DNA of 64,000 bases, taken from Chitinispirillaceae bacterium. GTDB taxonomy: Bacteria > Fibrobacterota > Chitinivibrionia > Chitinivibrionales > Chitinispirillaceae. The first letter of the stretch is position 1, and the number at the start of each line of letters is the position of its first letter. This document shows, piece by piece, positions 54,981 through 64,000 of this stretch. The notes beneath the pieces were generated by a model. The model ran no database searches. It was not told the origin of the DNA and saw only the letters and a list, made by a program, of their open reading frames with translations. A program made the translations under genes and the position numbers. Where the stretch lies: assembly GCA_046546375.1 (NCBI GenBank), contig JBKGXV010000007.1:2257-66256 (forward strand), given 5' to 3'.

Positions 54981-55883
54981 CTATTTCCTTTGAAAACGGG
55001 GATGAAAACTTCTATGCACCTCTTTGAGATACTCCCTGTCCACATGCGTATAGATTTCAGTCGTTACTATATTTGAATGGCCCAGCATCTCCTGTACGGT
55101 ACGGATATCAGCTCCGCCCTCCAGAAGATGAGTGGCGAAGGAATGTCTGAACGTATGGGGAGAGACCTCTTTTTTTATACCGGCTTTCGCAGTATAGTGA
55201 CGGATAATTTTCCAAATGCCCATTCGAGTAAAGCCTCCACCTCTCATATTGAGGAAAACGACACTTCCTGAATCAGGTTTGGCAAAGCAGAATCGCTCTT
55301 TATCATTATACTCCTTGATCCAGAAAAGTGCACTTTCCCCTATAGGAACAATCCTCTCCTTGGACCCTTTACCGAACACCCGCACAAGCCCCTCCTTTTC
55401 AAGAAGCTGTTCGAAGGCAAAAGAGCAGAGTTCAGACACTCTCATCCCTGTTGCGTACAGCGTCTCTATCAGAGCCCTGTCGCGAATTCCTCCCCTTTTC
55501 TCCAGATCAACCGCCCCGATGACCGTCTCTATCTCATCCACCGACAAAACGGAAGGCAGAGTTCTTGAGGCTTTCGGCCCCTCAAGCAGCTCTGTAGGAT
55601 CTTCACCTATGAACCCCTCGGAGGCAATGAACGCAAAGAAACTTTTAATAGAGGAGATTGTGCGCTGGATTGAAGTCGCTGCGAATCCCAGATCATAAAG
55701 CAGCCTGATATAGGAGGAAAGCACCGAAGGGGTCACCTGTTGAAGGTCCAATGCTTCATGCTGGGAAAGATAAGCCGCGAGCCGCTGCAGGTCAAACCTG
55801 TAGGACTGAGCAGTATTGTCACTTAAAGTCTTCTCGAGCTGAAGATACGCGATATAGGATTCTGTAAAGGGGAGCTCAGGCAT
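54981..55883 (-). CDS. tyrosine recombinase of the XerC/XerD family
   Basis: The N-terminal SAM-like region reads YLQLEKTLSDNTAQSYRFDL. The catalytic region has ATGMRVSEL, HTFRHSFATHLL and LGHSNIVTTEIYTHV. Confidence 0.8.
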   Translation of the reverse strand: MPELPFTESYIAYLQLEKTLSDNTAQSYRFDLQRLAAYLSQHEALDLQQVTPSVLSSYIRLLYDLGFAATSIQRTISSIKSFFAFIASEGFIGEDPTELLEGPKASRTLPSVLSVDEIETVIGAVDLEKRGGIRDRALIETLYATGMRVSELCSFAFEQLLEKEGLVRVFGKGSKERIVPIGESALFWIKEYNDKERFCFAKPDSGSVVFLNMRGGGFTRMGIWKIIRHYTAKAGIKKEVSPHTFRHSFATHLLEGGADIRTVQEMLGHSNIVTTEIYTHVDREYLKEVHRSFHPRFQRK

Positions 55884-55889
55884 ATCCGA

Positions 55890-56507
55890 TCACTGCAGAA
55901 AAGGATTCATCTGTTTTTCCCTGCCGACGGTGGTTCTGCCGCCATGTCCCGGACAAAGCACGGTTCTGTCCGGTAAAGAGAGAAGCTTTTGGCGTATATT
56001 CGACAGCAGCGCCTCTGCATCACCGCCGGGCAGATCTGTTCTGCCCACGGAACCGGCAAACACATTGTCCCCGCAGAAACACACATTATCCAAAAGCAAT
56101 GCACACCCTCCGGCACTGTGCCCGGGTATATGCAGAACTTTCACACTGAAAGAATCAAGTGTTCTTTCACCTTCGGTAAGATCACAGATCATACCGGAAT
56201 AGGTAAAACTCTCCCCCATTAGAACAGAACCATTCAGTACCGGGTCTGAGAGCATATTGCGGTCGCCGGTATGAATATAGACGGAAAGATCGGGATATTC
56301 AAAAGTTATTTCCGGTATTCCCAGTATATGATCGAAATGCCCGTGGGTCAGAACTATCGCAGCCGGGACCAGATCTTTTTTCCGTATATAATCCAGCACA
56401 TCCCCACAATTACCTGAAGGGTCGATAATCAAACAGCGCCCCTGTTCATTCATCACCACATATGTATTCACATCCAGAGGACCTGTAATAAACTTTTCGT
56501 ATTCCAT
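55890..56507 (-). CDS. MBL-fold metallo-hydrolase (glyoxalase II-like)
   Basis: VLTHGHFDHILG, HIPGHSAG, FCGDNVFAGSVGRTD. Confidence 0.8.
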   Translation of the reverse strand: MEYEKFITGPLDVNTYVVMNEQGRCLIIDPSGNCGDVLDYIRKKDLVPAAIVLTHGHFDHILGIPEITFEYPDLSVYIHTGDRNMLSDPVLNGSVLMGESFTYSGMICDLTEGERTLDSFSVKVLHIPGHSAGGCALLLDNVCFCGDNVFAGSVGRTDLPGGDAEALLSNIRQKLLSLPDRTVLCPGHGGRTTVGREKQMNPFLQ

Positions 56508-57443
56508 TCAATTACCTGCTTTAAAAAAAGGTGTATACAGTGGTTCATCAAATTGACCTACAAAAATCACTTCCGGTTCCAGAAGAACATCAAAACGCTC
56601 ATGCACTGTTTTCTGGACATGCCGCACGACCCGCCGCACATCTTCAGCATGTCCTTCACCTCTGTTGACAATGAAATTGGCATGTTTTGGAGATATCTCC
56701 ACATCCCCCTCACGGTATCCCTTTAAACCGCACATCTCAATAAGAGTACCCGCGAAATTGCCGGGAGGGCGTTTGAAGACACTTCCGCAATTCGGATATT
56801 CAAGAGGCTGCTTTCCTTTTCTGCGACAGAGAATGTTTTTTCTGATCTCAAAAAGCTTCTCAGAATCAACAGCACTGAATTCGAATGTTGCAGAAAGCAC
56901 GATATCCCCGCATTCCTTCACAGCGCTGTCGCGGTAACCGAATCTCATATTTTCACTTTTCAGAACAGCTATCTCTTCTCGGGTGATGTTCAGCACTTTC
57001 GCACTCCTGAACGTATCGGCGATACAGGTGCTGAAAGCCCCCGCGTTCATTACCACTGCTCCGCCCACCGTTCCCGGTATTCCCGATAGCTCCTCAATTC
57101 CTCCACAACCGTTTCTGACCGCTTCCGCAACGAAACTGTCCAGCAACACACCACCTTGGACATTCGCAGTACAGCCGTCAAATTTCATTTCGGAAAATCG
57201 AGATAAGTTTATCACCAACCCATCCCACCCTTTATCGCTGACAAGAACATTTGATCCTCTGCCTAGAACGAAAACCGGGAGTTTTCTCTCGGAAGCCAGA
57301 GCCAGCAACTCAATGATCTGCCGCTCGGTTTTCGGTTCGGCATAAAAACGGGCTCTTCCACCTATCCGGTACGTGGTCTTTTCGCGCAAGGGCACATTTT
57401 CAAAAATATCTTCTGATTCATTGCCGCTGTTTTGAAGTTGCAT
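56508..57443 (-). CDS. murB: UDP-N-acetylenolpyruvoylglucosamine reductase
   Basis: The FAD-binding region has TTYRIGGRARFY and VLGRGSNVLVSD, with GIPGTVGGAVVMNAGA. The C-terminal domain has PNCGSVFKRP. Confidence 0.88.
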   Translation of the reverse strand: MQLQNSGNESEDIFENVPLREKTTYRIGGRARFYAEPKTERQIIELLALASERKLPVFVLGRGSNVLVSDKGWDGLVINLSRFSEMKFDGCTANVQGGVLLDSFVAEAVRNGCGGIEELSGIPGTVGGAVVMNAGAFSTCIADTFRSAKVLNITREEIAVLKSENMRFGYRDSAVKECGDIVLSATFEFSAVDSEKLFEIRKNILCRRKGKQPLEYPNCGSVFKRPPGNFAGTLIEMCGLKGYREGDVEISPKHANFIVNRGEGHAEDVRRVVRHVQKTVHERFDVLLEPEVIFVGQFDEPLYTPFFKAGN

Positions 57444-57451
57444 AGAGGAAG

Positions 57452-59344
57452 TCAGTGTTCCGGAAAGAGTTTATATATTTTCTTCTCTATAAAGAAGTCA
57501 ACGATTTCGGAGTCGAGATGATTGTTGTCCGCTTCAGCTTTTAAAATCTGCAAGGCCTTTTCGGGGAGCATTCTCGGTTTATACGGCCGATCCTGAGCCA
57601 CAAGGGCTTCGTAAATATCAACTACAGCGAGAATACGACTTTCCAGCGGTATCTGATCCCCCGTCAGTCCGTGAGGATAGCCACTCCCGTCCATTTTTTC
57701 ATGATGATAACAGGCGATGCGGGGAATATCAGCAAGAGGTTTGGTCCAGGGAATTTTCGAAAGAATTTTGAAGGTGGAAACGGTGTGGGAATTGATTGTC
57801 TCACGCTCTTTTTGAGTAAGATTGCCTTTGCGCACAGAAAGGCTCTCTAATTCAGAATCAGTGAGCAAACGGCATACTTCCCTGTTCGGTTTCCTGTATG
57901 TTTTTTTGGACAATGCAGTCAGTTTGGCAAGATCGTCATCACTCAGAAAACCTGCCATATTCACCCGAAGGAGAAATTCCCGATCCTCACAGATCTCTTC
58001 TGCCGTTTTCCAGTCCGCCGATTCCGGCATCACCTTCAATGCAAGCTCAATATAATCCAGTTTGGCGAGAATACCCTTCATCTCCCCTGAGCTGAGCCTG
58101 CATTCTTTAGTAAGCAGATGTTCCGGAACCCCTATTTTCCCAATATCGTGAAGATGTGCCGCGAATTCAAACTGCCGTATTCTGTCCTCTGAGGCCACCA
58201 AATCAGCGAAGGGGCAGGATGGTTCCTCCTTTATCACATCCATAAAGGCTTTGGCATATCCCCTGACTCTTTTGGAATGTCCGGAAGTCACCCTGTCTCT
58301 TTCATCAATAGCAGCAACAGAGGAAAGAAGAAAGCCTTCGAACAGGTTTTTGATGTTTTCATACAACATGACTCTCTCAATGGAAACTGCCGCATATGAT
58401 GCGATAGAGAGAATAATATCCTCATCACTCATGGAAAAGGAAGTCACATATTTCTCGAAATCTTCCGGGGTCGAAAGCAGCCTATGCTCAGTTTTTTTAT
58501 TCATGAGCTGAAGCACACCCACCACTTCACCATCCAGATTCTTTAAAGGGACCGTGAGCATGGATTTGCTTCTGTAGCCTGAATTCCGGTCGAAGTCTCT
58601 TCCGAATTTGCAGCAAACATCCGAGCTCAGTGAATAGACATCATCTATGGTCAGAGACTTACCACTGGACGCAACATGACCGGCAATGGTATCCGAGCTT
58701 ATGGGGACAGTAAACTCTTTTATACTTTTCAATTTGACCGAATCGTTCTGCGCCACCCTGAAGCGAAGATTGTCGTTTTGGCTTTTGGCATCCGGGTCAT
58801 CTCTTGTATAAATGCTCCCGGCGTCCGCAGAGATGATCTCCCGACTCACAGTGAGGATATGTTCCAGAAGGGCTGTGAGGTCATTTTCGTTTGAAAGGGC
58901 TGTTCCGATTCTGACAAGCTGGTCCTTCTGCCTGCGATACTTCATTATCTCCTGAGTAAGAACAGTGTGCTTCTCCATGAGAGAAACGTTACGTTGAATG
59001 GAAAGAAGCATGTTCAGAGCAACAGTTTCGTTCAGGGGTGAACGGAAAACTCCGCACAGAGGCAGGTCATAAATGAAAGGCGGAACCGCCTCTCCCTCAA
59101 CACATTGATACAGCGGGACATTTTCCCCGAAACCTATAGGCTGACTGCGGAAAACATCCAGCATCTCTTTTCGATTGCATGGTAGATAGGATATTACAGC
59201 TGCAGGTGCTTTTGAAGCAGACAAAACGGGGGGCGTGGCTGTGGGATACATTTCCAAATCGAAACCCCACCCGGAGGCCAGCAATTTCACCAATGCCGCA
59301 TCGGAATCGGGCATTATTCCGAAAATGAATATTTTCCTCTGCAT
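57452..59344 (-). CDS. receiver-like, GAF and HD-GYP domain protein (putative c-di-GMP phosphodiesterase)
   Basis: A GAF region is followed by HSKRVRGYA, HLHDIGKIGVPEHLL and HHEKMDGSGYPHGL. About 90 aa are inserted between the HD and GYP halves. Confidence 0.75.
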   Translation of the reverse strand: MQRKIFIFGIMPDSDAALVKLLASGWGFDLEMYPTATPPVLSASKAPAAVISYLPCNRKEMLDVFRSQPIGFGENVPLYQCVEGEAVPPFIYDLPLCGVFRSPLNETVALNMLLSIQRNVSLMEKHTVLTQEIMKYRRQKDQLVRIGTALSNENDLTALLEHILTVSREIISADAGSIYTRDDPDAKSQNDNLRFRVAQNDSVKLKSIKEFTVPISSDTIAGHVASSGKSLTIDDVYSLSSDVCCKFGRDFDRNSGYRSKSMLTVPLKNLDGEVVGVLQLMNKKTEHRLLSTPEDFEKYVTSFSMSDEDIILSIASYAAVSIERVMLYENIKNLFEGFLLSSVAAIDERDRVTSGHSKRVRGYAKAFMDVIKEEPSCPFADLVASEDRIRQFEFAAHLHDIGKIGVPEHLLTKECRLSSGEMKGILAKLDYIELALKVMPESADWKTAEEICEDREFLLRVNMAGFLSDDDLAKLTALSKKTYRKPNREVCRLLTDSELESLSVRKGNLTQKERETINSHTVSTFKILSKIPWTKPLADIPRIACYHHEKMDGSGYPHGLTGDQIPLESRILAVVDIYEALVAQDRPYKPRMLPEKALQILKAEADNNHLDSEIVDFFIEKKIYKLFPEH

Positions 59345-59433
59345 ATGCTGCTTTCAGGAAATGTTCCAGCTTCTGAAACGATACAACATAAATGTATCTC
59401 TTTAAGGAACTATCAATCAAGGTTTTTTTTGGC

Positions 59434-59460
59434 AAAAAAAAAGCCCTTCAGAAGAAGGGC
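59434..59460 (-). terminator. intrinsic terminator after the tRNA-Val / tRNA-Asp pair
   Basis: The minus-sense sequence is GCCCTTC-TTCT-GAAGGGC followed by nine T residues. Confidence 0.8.
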
Positions 59461-59466
59461 TCGAAA

Positions 59467-59543
59467 TGGCGGACCGGACGAGACTCGAACTCGCGGCCTC
59501 TGGCTTGACAGGCCAGCGTTCTAACCAACTGAACTACCGGTCC
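59467..59543 (-). tRNA. tRNA-Asp (anticodon GTC), CCA encoded
   Basis: The minus-sense sequence is GGACCGGTAGTTCAGTTGGTTAGAACGCTGGCCTGTCAAGCCAGAGGCCGCGAGTTCGAGTCTCGTCCGGTCCGCCA. It folds as a cloverleaf with a 7-bp acceptor stem, anticodon loop CTGTCAA and a TTCGAGT T-loop. Confidence 0.9.
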
Positions 59544-59562
59544 AATAATCCTGTATTTTCAA

Positions 59563-59637
59563 TGGGCGTTGTAGGATTCGAACCTACGACCACCTGCTTG
59601 TAAGGCAGGCACTCTATACCAGCTGAGCTAAACGCCC
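59563..59637 (-). tRNA. tRNA-Val (anticodon TAC), CCA not encoded
   Basis: The minus-sense sequence is GGGCGTTTAGCTCAGCTGGTATAGAGTGCCTGCCTTACAAGCAGGTGGTCGTAGGTTCGAATCCTACAACGCCCA. The anticodon loop is CTTACAA and the T-loop is GGTTCGAATCC. Confidence 0.9.
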
Positions 59638-59855
59638 TTGCTTTCTTTGTGATCTCCGTCTTTTTTCCAGTACCCATGAAGAATGGCATAAGGAATCAGA
59701 CCGCAGTACACCGCAACCAGAATAGCTGGTGCCACACTTCTCGATAAGGGGTTGCTTTCTGGACCCTGCGCCAAACATACGTACCCTATAACCAACAGTA
59801 CAAAAGCAAGTCCAAAAAGGTAAAAATTTTTTTTCGAAAACAACCAGTTTTTCAT
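59628..59855 (-). CDS. small two-TM membrane protein (DUF3098-like pattern)
   Basis: KKNFYLFGLAFVLLVIGYVCLA and APAILVAVYCGLIPYAIL are hydrophobic segments. The last 10 nt overlap the 5' end of tRNA-Val. Confidence 0.45.
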   Translation of the reverse strand: MKNWLFSKKNFYLFGLAFVLLVIGYVCLAQGPESNPLSRSVAPAILVAVYCGLIPYAILHGYWKKDGDHKESKGV

Positions 59856-59907
59856 ATCGCTTTCCTTAAGGTTCTTTAAATTAGTAGATTACACGTACAA
59901 AGTCAAA

Positions 59908-60519
59908 TTATTTTTCCATTTCAGAGCATTTCTTCTCAGCTCCATTTGTTCCGTTCCGGGCCTCCAAAGATGTAATCCGTTCATTGGTGACCCTCACGGC
60001 CTCATTCATCAGATTTGCAAGATTCTGAAGCTGATCGCCTTTACGCAGTTTTATGTGATCGGTATACTTTCCTGCGATAATGTTGTGACATACCTTCTCG
60101 AATCTGAAAATCGGACCGGCAAGCTTGTGAGAGAAAAATATGGTAAGAAGAACCATCTGTATCACCACAAGGAGAAGACCGATGCCGAAAACCCAGAGAA
60201 GATTTCCGATTAATTCCCGTTTAAGCTCGTTGCTGCTTGCAAACTCCCTCACGTTATGCCGCAGTTTCTGAATCAGCGTTTCATACTGCTCCACTGAGGG
60301 ATTGGGCTGATCCTGAAGCTTGACCGCGATGGTATTCTCAACATCCTGCTTCATTATACGTGTTGTCGTCGAAAAGATTGCCTGGGATGCGAAATACAGA
60401 GTCAGAATCATGAATACAAGCATCACCAGCATAGGGATAAGGAAGGTAAGCATATACCGGCCCTGCAGCTTGCGGTCGATGAAAAAATGCTTTCTGGTGA
60501 AAGTAGTGTTGTTTGACAC
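59908..60519 (-). CDS. membrane protein with HAMP domain
   Basis: Two TM segments are followed by HKLAGPIFRFEKVCHNIIAGKYTDHIKLRKGDQLQNLANLMNEA, which fits the HAMP pattern. Confidence 0.55.
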   Translation of the reverse strand: MSNNTTFTRKHFFIDRKLQGRYMLTFLIPMLVMLVFMILTLYFASQAIFSTTTRIMKQDVENTIAVKLQDQPNPSVEQYETLIQKLRHNVREFASSNELKRELIGNLLWVFGIGLLLVVIQMVLLTIFFSHKLAGPIFRFEKVCHNIIAGKYTDHIKLRKGDQLQNLANLMNEAVRVTNERITSLEARNGTNGAEKKCSEMEK

Positions 60520-60530
60520 GGTACTTCTCC

Positions 60531-62819
60531 TTATTTATTCGGATACTCTATTCTAGTATGAAAGATACCTTGAAGCACAGGCATGAATCCCTCAGTAATT
60601 TCATTTAAATCCCTTAAAGTGAGATTGCACTGATCTAACTGCGAGGCAAGAAACTTGTCCCTAATTATCTTTTTCACCAGTTCACGAAGAAGTTTGGGCG
60701 AACTGCTCGCCAAACTCCTCGATGCAGCCTCTACCGAATCGGCCAGCATGATTATGGCCGTTTCCCGAGTCTGGGGTACAGGACCGGGATAGCAGAAATC
60801 CTTCTGCTGAACCTGCTTGTGAGGATCCTGCTCAAGAGCCTTTTCATAGAAAAAGGATACGGTACTGTCCCCGTGATGCTGAAGGATAACATCCTGAATC
60901 ACTTTTGGCAACTTATATTTTTTGGCCAATTCAACGCCCTCTTTAACATGAGAGGAGATGATAAGAGCACTCATAGAGGGGGAAAGTTTGTTGTGACGGC
61001 TTTTATCTCCAAGGCAGTTTTCTACAAAGTAGTCGGATTTTTCAATTTTACCTATATCATGGTAATACGCTGCGACCCTGGCCAGAAGTGAATTGGCTCT
61101 TATACGCTGAGCAGCAGATTCGGCCAGATTTCCCACCAGAACGCTGTGGTTATAAGTTCCAGCCGCCTCTATGGACAGACGCTTGAGGATAGGGTGGTTC
61201 ATATCTGAAAGTTCCACAAGGGTCATATCTGTCGTTATATCGAAAACACGTTCAAAAAGCGGGGTAAGCATCATAGCCAAAAAGATGGAGGACAATACCC
61301 CAACCAGGGTAAGTGTGTAGTTAACCGCCAGAAGATCAACAGTGAACTTGTAGGCAACCAACTGCCAGATTGAAACAATCAGTATACAGGTGACGAAAAT
61401 CGGAGGTATCGCTCTGAAAAAATGCCAACGGTAACGTATTCTGTAGGTAACCAGGGCGGATACCAGGGATACCAGAAAGGTGTAGATGAAAAGGTATTGA
61501 TTGAAACCGGATACAATACTGAAATAGAGGCTTACAAAAAGGCCCAGAATCACACTGAGATGAAACCCGAAAAGAATCGCGCACAGAATAGTTCCGGCGG
61601 ATACCGGGATGAGATATTCGGGAATGATCTGCAGCATTTCGTTCTTTTCAAACAACCGGGGCAGAAGCTCCATTCCCAGACGGACTATGATCAGCTGGAA
61701 AACAAGAATGATACTGAAAGCGATAAGACTTTTGGGTTTGTTTACAAAAGGCCTCTGGAATTTTTTGAGGTAATAGGCAAGAAAAAGCAGTGGCAAAAGA
61801 GCCAGCAGAAGTCGCCCCAGATTGCCCATTCTGATCTTTCTTTTATCCTGCACATTCTCCATACGATCAAGCGCGATATGAAGAGAACGGAGTTTCTGGA
61901 TTATCTCCGGGGTAACCTCCTGGTGCTTGCGGACAATTTCAGTATCCTTTAAGACTTTTCCACTTACTTTTCGCACCTCCTGGGCTGCGGCCTGCATTCT
62001 CTTGAAAGTTTCCCTGCTATTCACCCTCACATTGGGGCGTACACAGGAGGAAAGAAGTTCATACAATGCATTTAAAGCCTCATTATCCACCTTGCGTTCA
62101 CGCCTGAGTTTAGTTATCACGTATTCAAGAGCGATCTCTTTTACCGGAAGTTCCGAGACCGCCACTGTACTTTCCGTTTTTCCCCTGCGCAGGGTCACAA
62201 ACCTCTTCTGATATAGCCTGTTGTTTTCAAAGATGGTATTGTACTGTGAGCGCAAATTATCCAGCTCTTCGGTATAAGAATACAACAATATCGAAGAAAC
62301 CCCCCTGCCCATCAGCAAAGTAAGCTGACGTGATGCTTCTTCGAAAAGAGCCGGACGATTTTGAAGAGTCTGCACGGCTTTTCGAGACAGTTCACCTGAC
62401 AGCAAACGCTTATGAACTTTTCTGAGCGAATCGGCAGTGTCTTTTTCCAGATAATTGAAAGAGGCCTGTATGGAGGAAAGCTTTTCCGATGCTTTCCTGC
62501 CAACCTCCGGATCATAATCCATAACCAGCAGCACCTGCTCTCTTGCCTTTTCCCTTTCCCTCTTAAGCTCTTCATCAGATCTGATGACATCGAAAGTGAA
62601 AGGTGCGATTATAGTCTCTTCCGCCGCCGCACCGGGTTTGGGAAGATCAAAGGGCTGAACAGTCTTGTGGTAGGGGAAAAGCAACACAAGACATAACACA
62701 GTAAAAAGGAGAATAAGAAGAGGAGGTGTTACAAATGAGGGCAGTTTTATCCTCAAGCGTGACGGCTTGGGCACTGCGGGTATACTGCGGGTTTCTTTTT
62801 TTCGGAAAATTTTAATCAT
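60531..62819 (-). CDS. 7TM-receptor HDIG phosphohydrolase (7TMR-HD, PgpH-like putative c-di-AMP phosphodiesterase)
   Basis: An N-terminal TM segment and extracytoplasmic domain precede seven hydrophobic helices (residues ~330-520). The HD domain has HSVLVGNLAE, AAYYHDIGK and LQHHGDS. Confidence 0.8.
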   Translation of the reverse strand: MIKIFRKKETRSIPAVPKPSRLRIKLPSFVTPPLLILLFTVLCLVLLFPYHKTVQPFDLPKPGAAAEETIIAPFTFDVIRSDEELKREREKAREQVLLVMDYDPEVGRKASEKLSSIQASFNYLEKDTADSLRKVHKRLLSGELSRKAVQTLQNRPALFEEASRQLTLLMGRGVSSILLYSYTEELDNLRSQYNTIFENNRLYQKRFVTLRRGKTESTVAVSELPVKEIALEYVITKLRRERKVDNEALNALYELLSSCVRPNVRVNSRETFKRMQAAAQEVRKVSGKVLKDTEIVRKHQEVTPEIIQKLRSLHIALDRMENVQDKRKIRMGNLGRLLLALLPLLFLAYYLKKFQRPFVNKPKSLIAFSIILVFQLIIVRLGMELLPRLFEKNEMLQIIPEYLIPVSAGTILCAILFGFHLSVILGLFVSLYFSIVSGFNQYLFIYTFLVSLVSALVTYRIRYRWHFFRAIPPIFVTCILIVSIWQLVAYKFTVDLLAVNYTLTLVGVLSSIFLAMMLTPLFERVFDITTDMTLVELSDMNHPILKRLSIEAAGTYNHSVLVGNLAESAAQRIRANSLLARVAAYYHDIGKIEKSDYFVENCLGDKSRHNKLSPSMSALIISSHVKEGVELAKKYKLPKVIQDVILQHHGDSTVSFFYEKALEQDPHKQVQQKDFCYPGPVPQTRETAIIMLADSVEAASRSLASSSPKLLRELVKKIIRDKFLASQLDQCNLTLRDLNEITEGFMPVLQGIFHTRIEYPNK

Positions 62820-63012
62820 TCAGTACGAACCGATCTTCTCTTCGGTCCAGTATCATCAGCATGCAGTCTTCAAGCATAATGATGGGGAAGATCAACTTAT
62901 CTTTGGTTACAAAGAAATTACCCCTTCCAACCAAGGAAGGGGCTGACAAATTCTTCCGATATGATTCATAAACAGCAGTATTGAAAATACTTTAGAATTC
63001 TGAGTGTATTTT

Positions 63013-63351
63013 CTACGGTTGAGCCGGTTGTGACTCTTCCGGTGCACCCTGCTGTGTTGCCGATGTATCCTGCTGAGCATCCGTTTCCGCGGGCACCTGC
63101 TCCTCCGGTGAAACCTGCTGATTGCCGCCTTCACCGCTCATCTCTTTTTCAAGCTCTTTTCTCTCCATTCTGAGCTCGGAGAGCTTTTTTTCAGCATCCA
63201 CGGCTTCCTTGCGTGCCTTTTCAAGTTCGGCTTGTTCGTCCTGGGACATTTTGCCGCCGCCGGTTTTGGAACCACCGCACCCCACAAAACCCACAGTTGC
63301 AATAACGGAAACAACAAGTAACAAGCGTGCTGCCAATTTTATCCTCGACAT
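63013..63351 (-). CDS. lipoprotein with coiled-coil and low-complexity tail
   Basis: MSRIKLAARLLLVVSVIATVGFVGC is a signal peptide with lipobox. ATG 63351 follows a GGAGGA RBS. Confidence 0.55.
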   Translation of the reverse strand: MSRIKLAARLLLVVSVIATVGFVGCGGSKTGGGKMSQDEQAELEKARKEAVDAEKKLSELRMERKELEKEMSGEGGNQQVSPEEQVPAETDAQQDTSATQQGAPEESQPAQP

Positions 63352-63470
63352 CTGAGGTCCTCCTCTAACGGACAATAAAAAGAAAGTTCTTCATGATGCA
63401 ATACACTAAATAATAATTTCTAAGGGGGGCCAAGTCAAGAAATTGCTTTTCCCCACATCCCTTCTCCAAA

Positions 63471-64000
63471 TTATTCAACCAGCCTTATTCCCAACTCCTT
63501 CAACTGCTCCTGAGAAACCCTGTCGGGAGCATTGTCCATGAGAGATATCCCGGCAGTCGTTTTAGGAAAAGGGATCACATCCCGAATACTGTCCAAGCCC
63601 AACATAAGCATTACCAGTCTGTCCAACCCGAAGGCGATACCGCCATGAGGAGGAGCCCCGAAAGAAAGCGCGTGCAGCAGGAACCCGAACTTCTCCTCGG
63701 CCTCCTGCTTCTCTATTCCCAAAAGGTCGAATATTCTCTGCTGGACATCACTGTTGTGAATACGGATACTGCCCCCTCCGACCTCGGTTCCGTTAAGAAC
63801 CAGATCATAAGCTCTTGAACGGGTTTTGTAATACTGTTCACTCCAAAGCAGATCTGAATCCCTTTCCTCCGGCGCGGTGAAAGGATGATGAACAGAAATG
63901 AACCGGTTCTCCTCTTCACTGAACTCAAAGAGCGGAAACTCGTTTACCCACAGAAAATTGAATTCACCTTCCCTGACCAATTTTCTTTGGTGACCCAACT
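63471..64000 (-). CDS. aspS: aspartate--tRNA ligase, C-terminal part (5' end beyond the window)
   Basis: [19 protein letters not shown] and GGGSIRIH are present. Class II motif 3 reads [18 protein letters not shown]. Confidence 0.88.
   Translation of the reverse strand, partial: LGHQRKLVREGEFNFLWVNEFPLFEFSEEENRFISVHHPFTAPEERDSDLLWSEQYYKTRSRAYDLVLNGTEVGGGSIRIHNSDVQQRIFDLLGIEKQEAEEKFGFLLHALSFGAPPHGGIAFGLDRLVMLMLGLDSIRDVIPFPKTTAGISLMDNAPDRVSQEQLKELGIRLVE

Noticed and set aside
54981-59637. Tyrosine recombinase a few kb from tRNA genes as a sign of an integrated genomic island.
   Set aside because: The recombinase has the XerC/D-type N-terminal and catalytic signature and sits among murB, an MBL hydrolase and an HU/IHF gene. 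I saw no direct repeat of a tRNA 3' end and no phage or cargo genes.
59628-59637. 10-nt overlap between the small membrane-protein ORF and tRNA-Val as something functional.
   Set aside because: It is most simply a coincidental late stop codon. The overlap covers only the last three codons and the stop.

Overview
Gene-dense chromosomal segment with about 52 supportable CDS, 2 tRNAs and several intrinsic terminators. I found no rRNA, CRISPR array, transposase, phage genes or recognisable defence island. A fibro-slime domain protein and cargo proteins with T9SS-type or FlgD-Ig-like C-terminal tails suggest a Fibrobacteres-like member of the FCB superphylum; this is inference only. The core is housekeeping: purA, panD, rsfS, tex, lepA, trpBA, tyrA, nadK, recN, murB, an XerC/D-family recombinase, an HU/IHF protein, the aspS 3' end, and tRNA-Val and tRNA-Asp. 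Non-routine content, in order of interest: (1) a ParA/MinD ATPase fused through a hydrophobic segment to an intact M23 peptidase, preceded by a receiver domain lacking the phospho-acceptor Asp; (2) a Hanks Ser/Thr kinase translationally coupled to a sensory-type [FeFe]-hydrogenase-like Fe-S/PAS protein; (3) an outer-membrane barrel, a 1495-aa surface cargo and a PorV-like barrel, resembling a cargo-dedicated T9SS module; (4) an aromatic amino-acid array with a yeast/plant-type chorismate mutase and an EPSP-synthase homolog that seems to have lost its catalytic residues; (5) further homologs missing catalytic parts: an S26 peptidase at the lepB position without an obvious Ser/Lys dyad, an ArgRS N-terminal plus DALR protein without the catalytic core, a 5'-truncated archaemetzincin and a truncated GT51 transglycosylase; (6) a 1479-aa TPR protein containing a gap-free 555-codon tandem duplication. 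All family calls rest on motif recognition by eye. No database search or numerical alignment was run.
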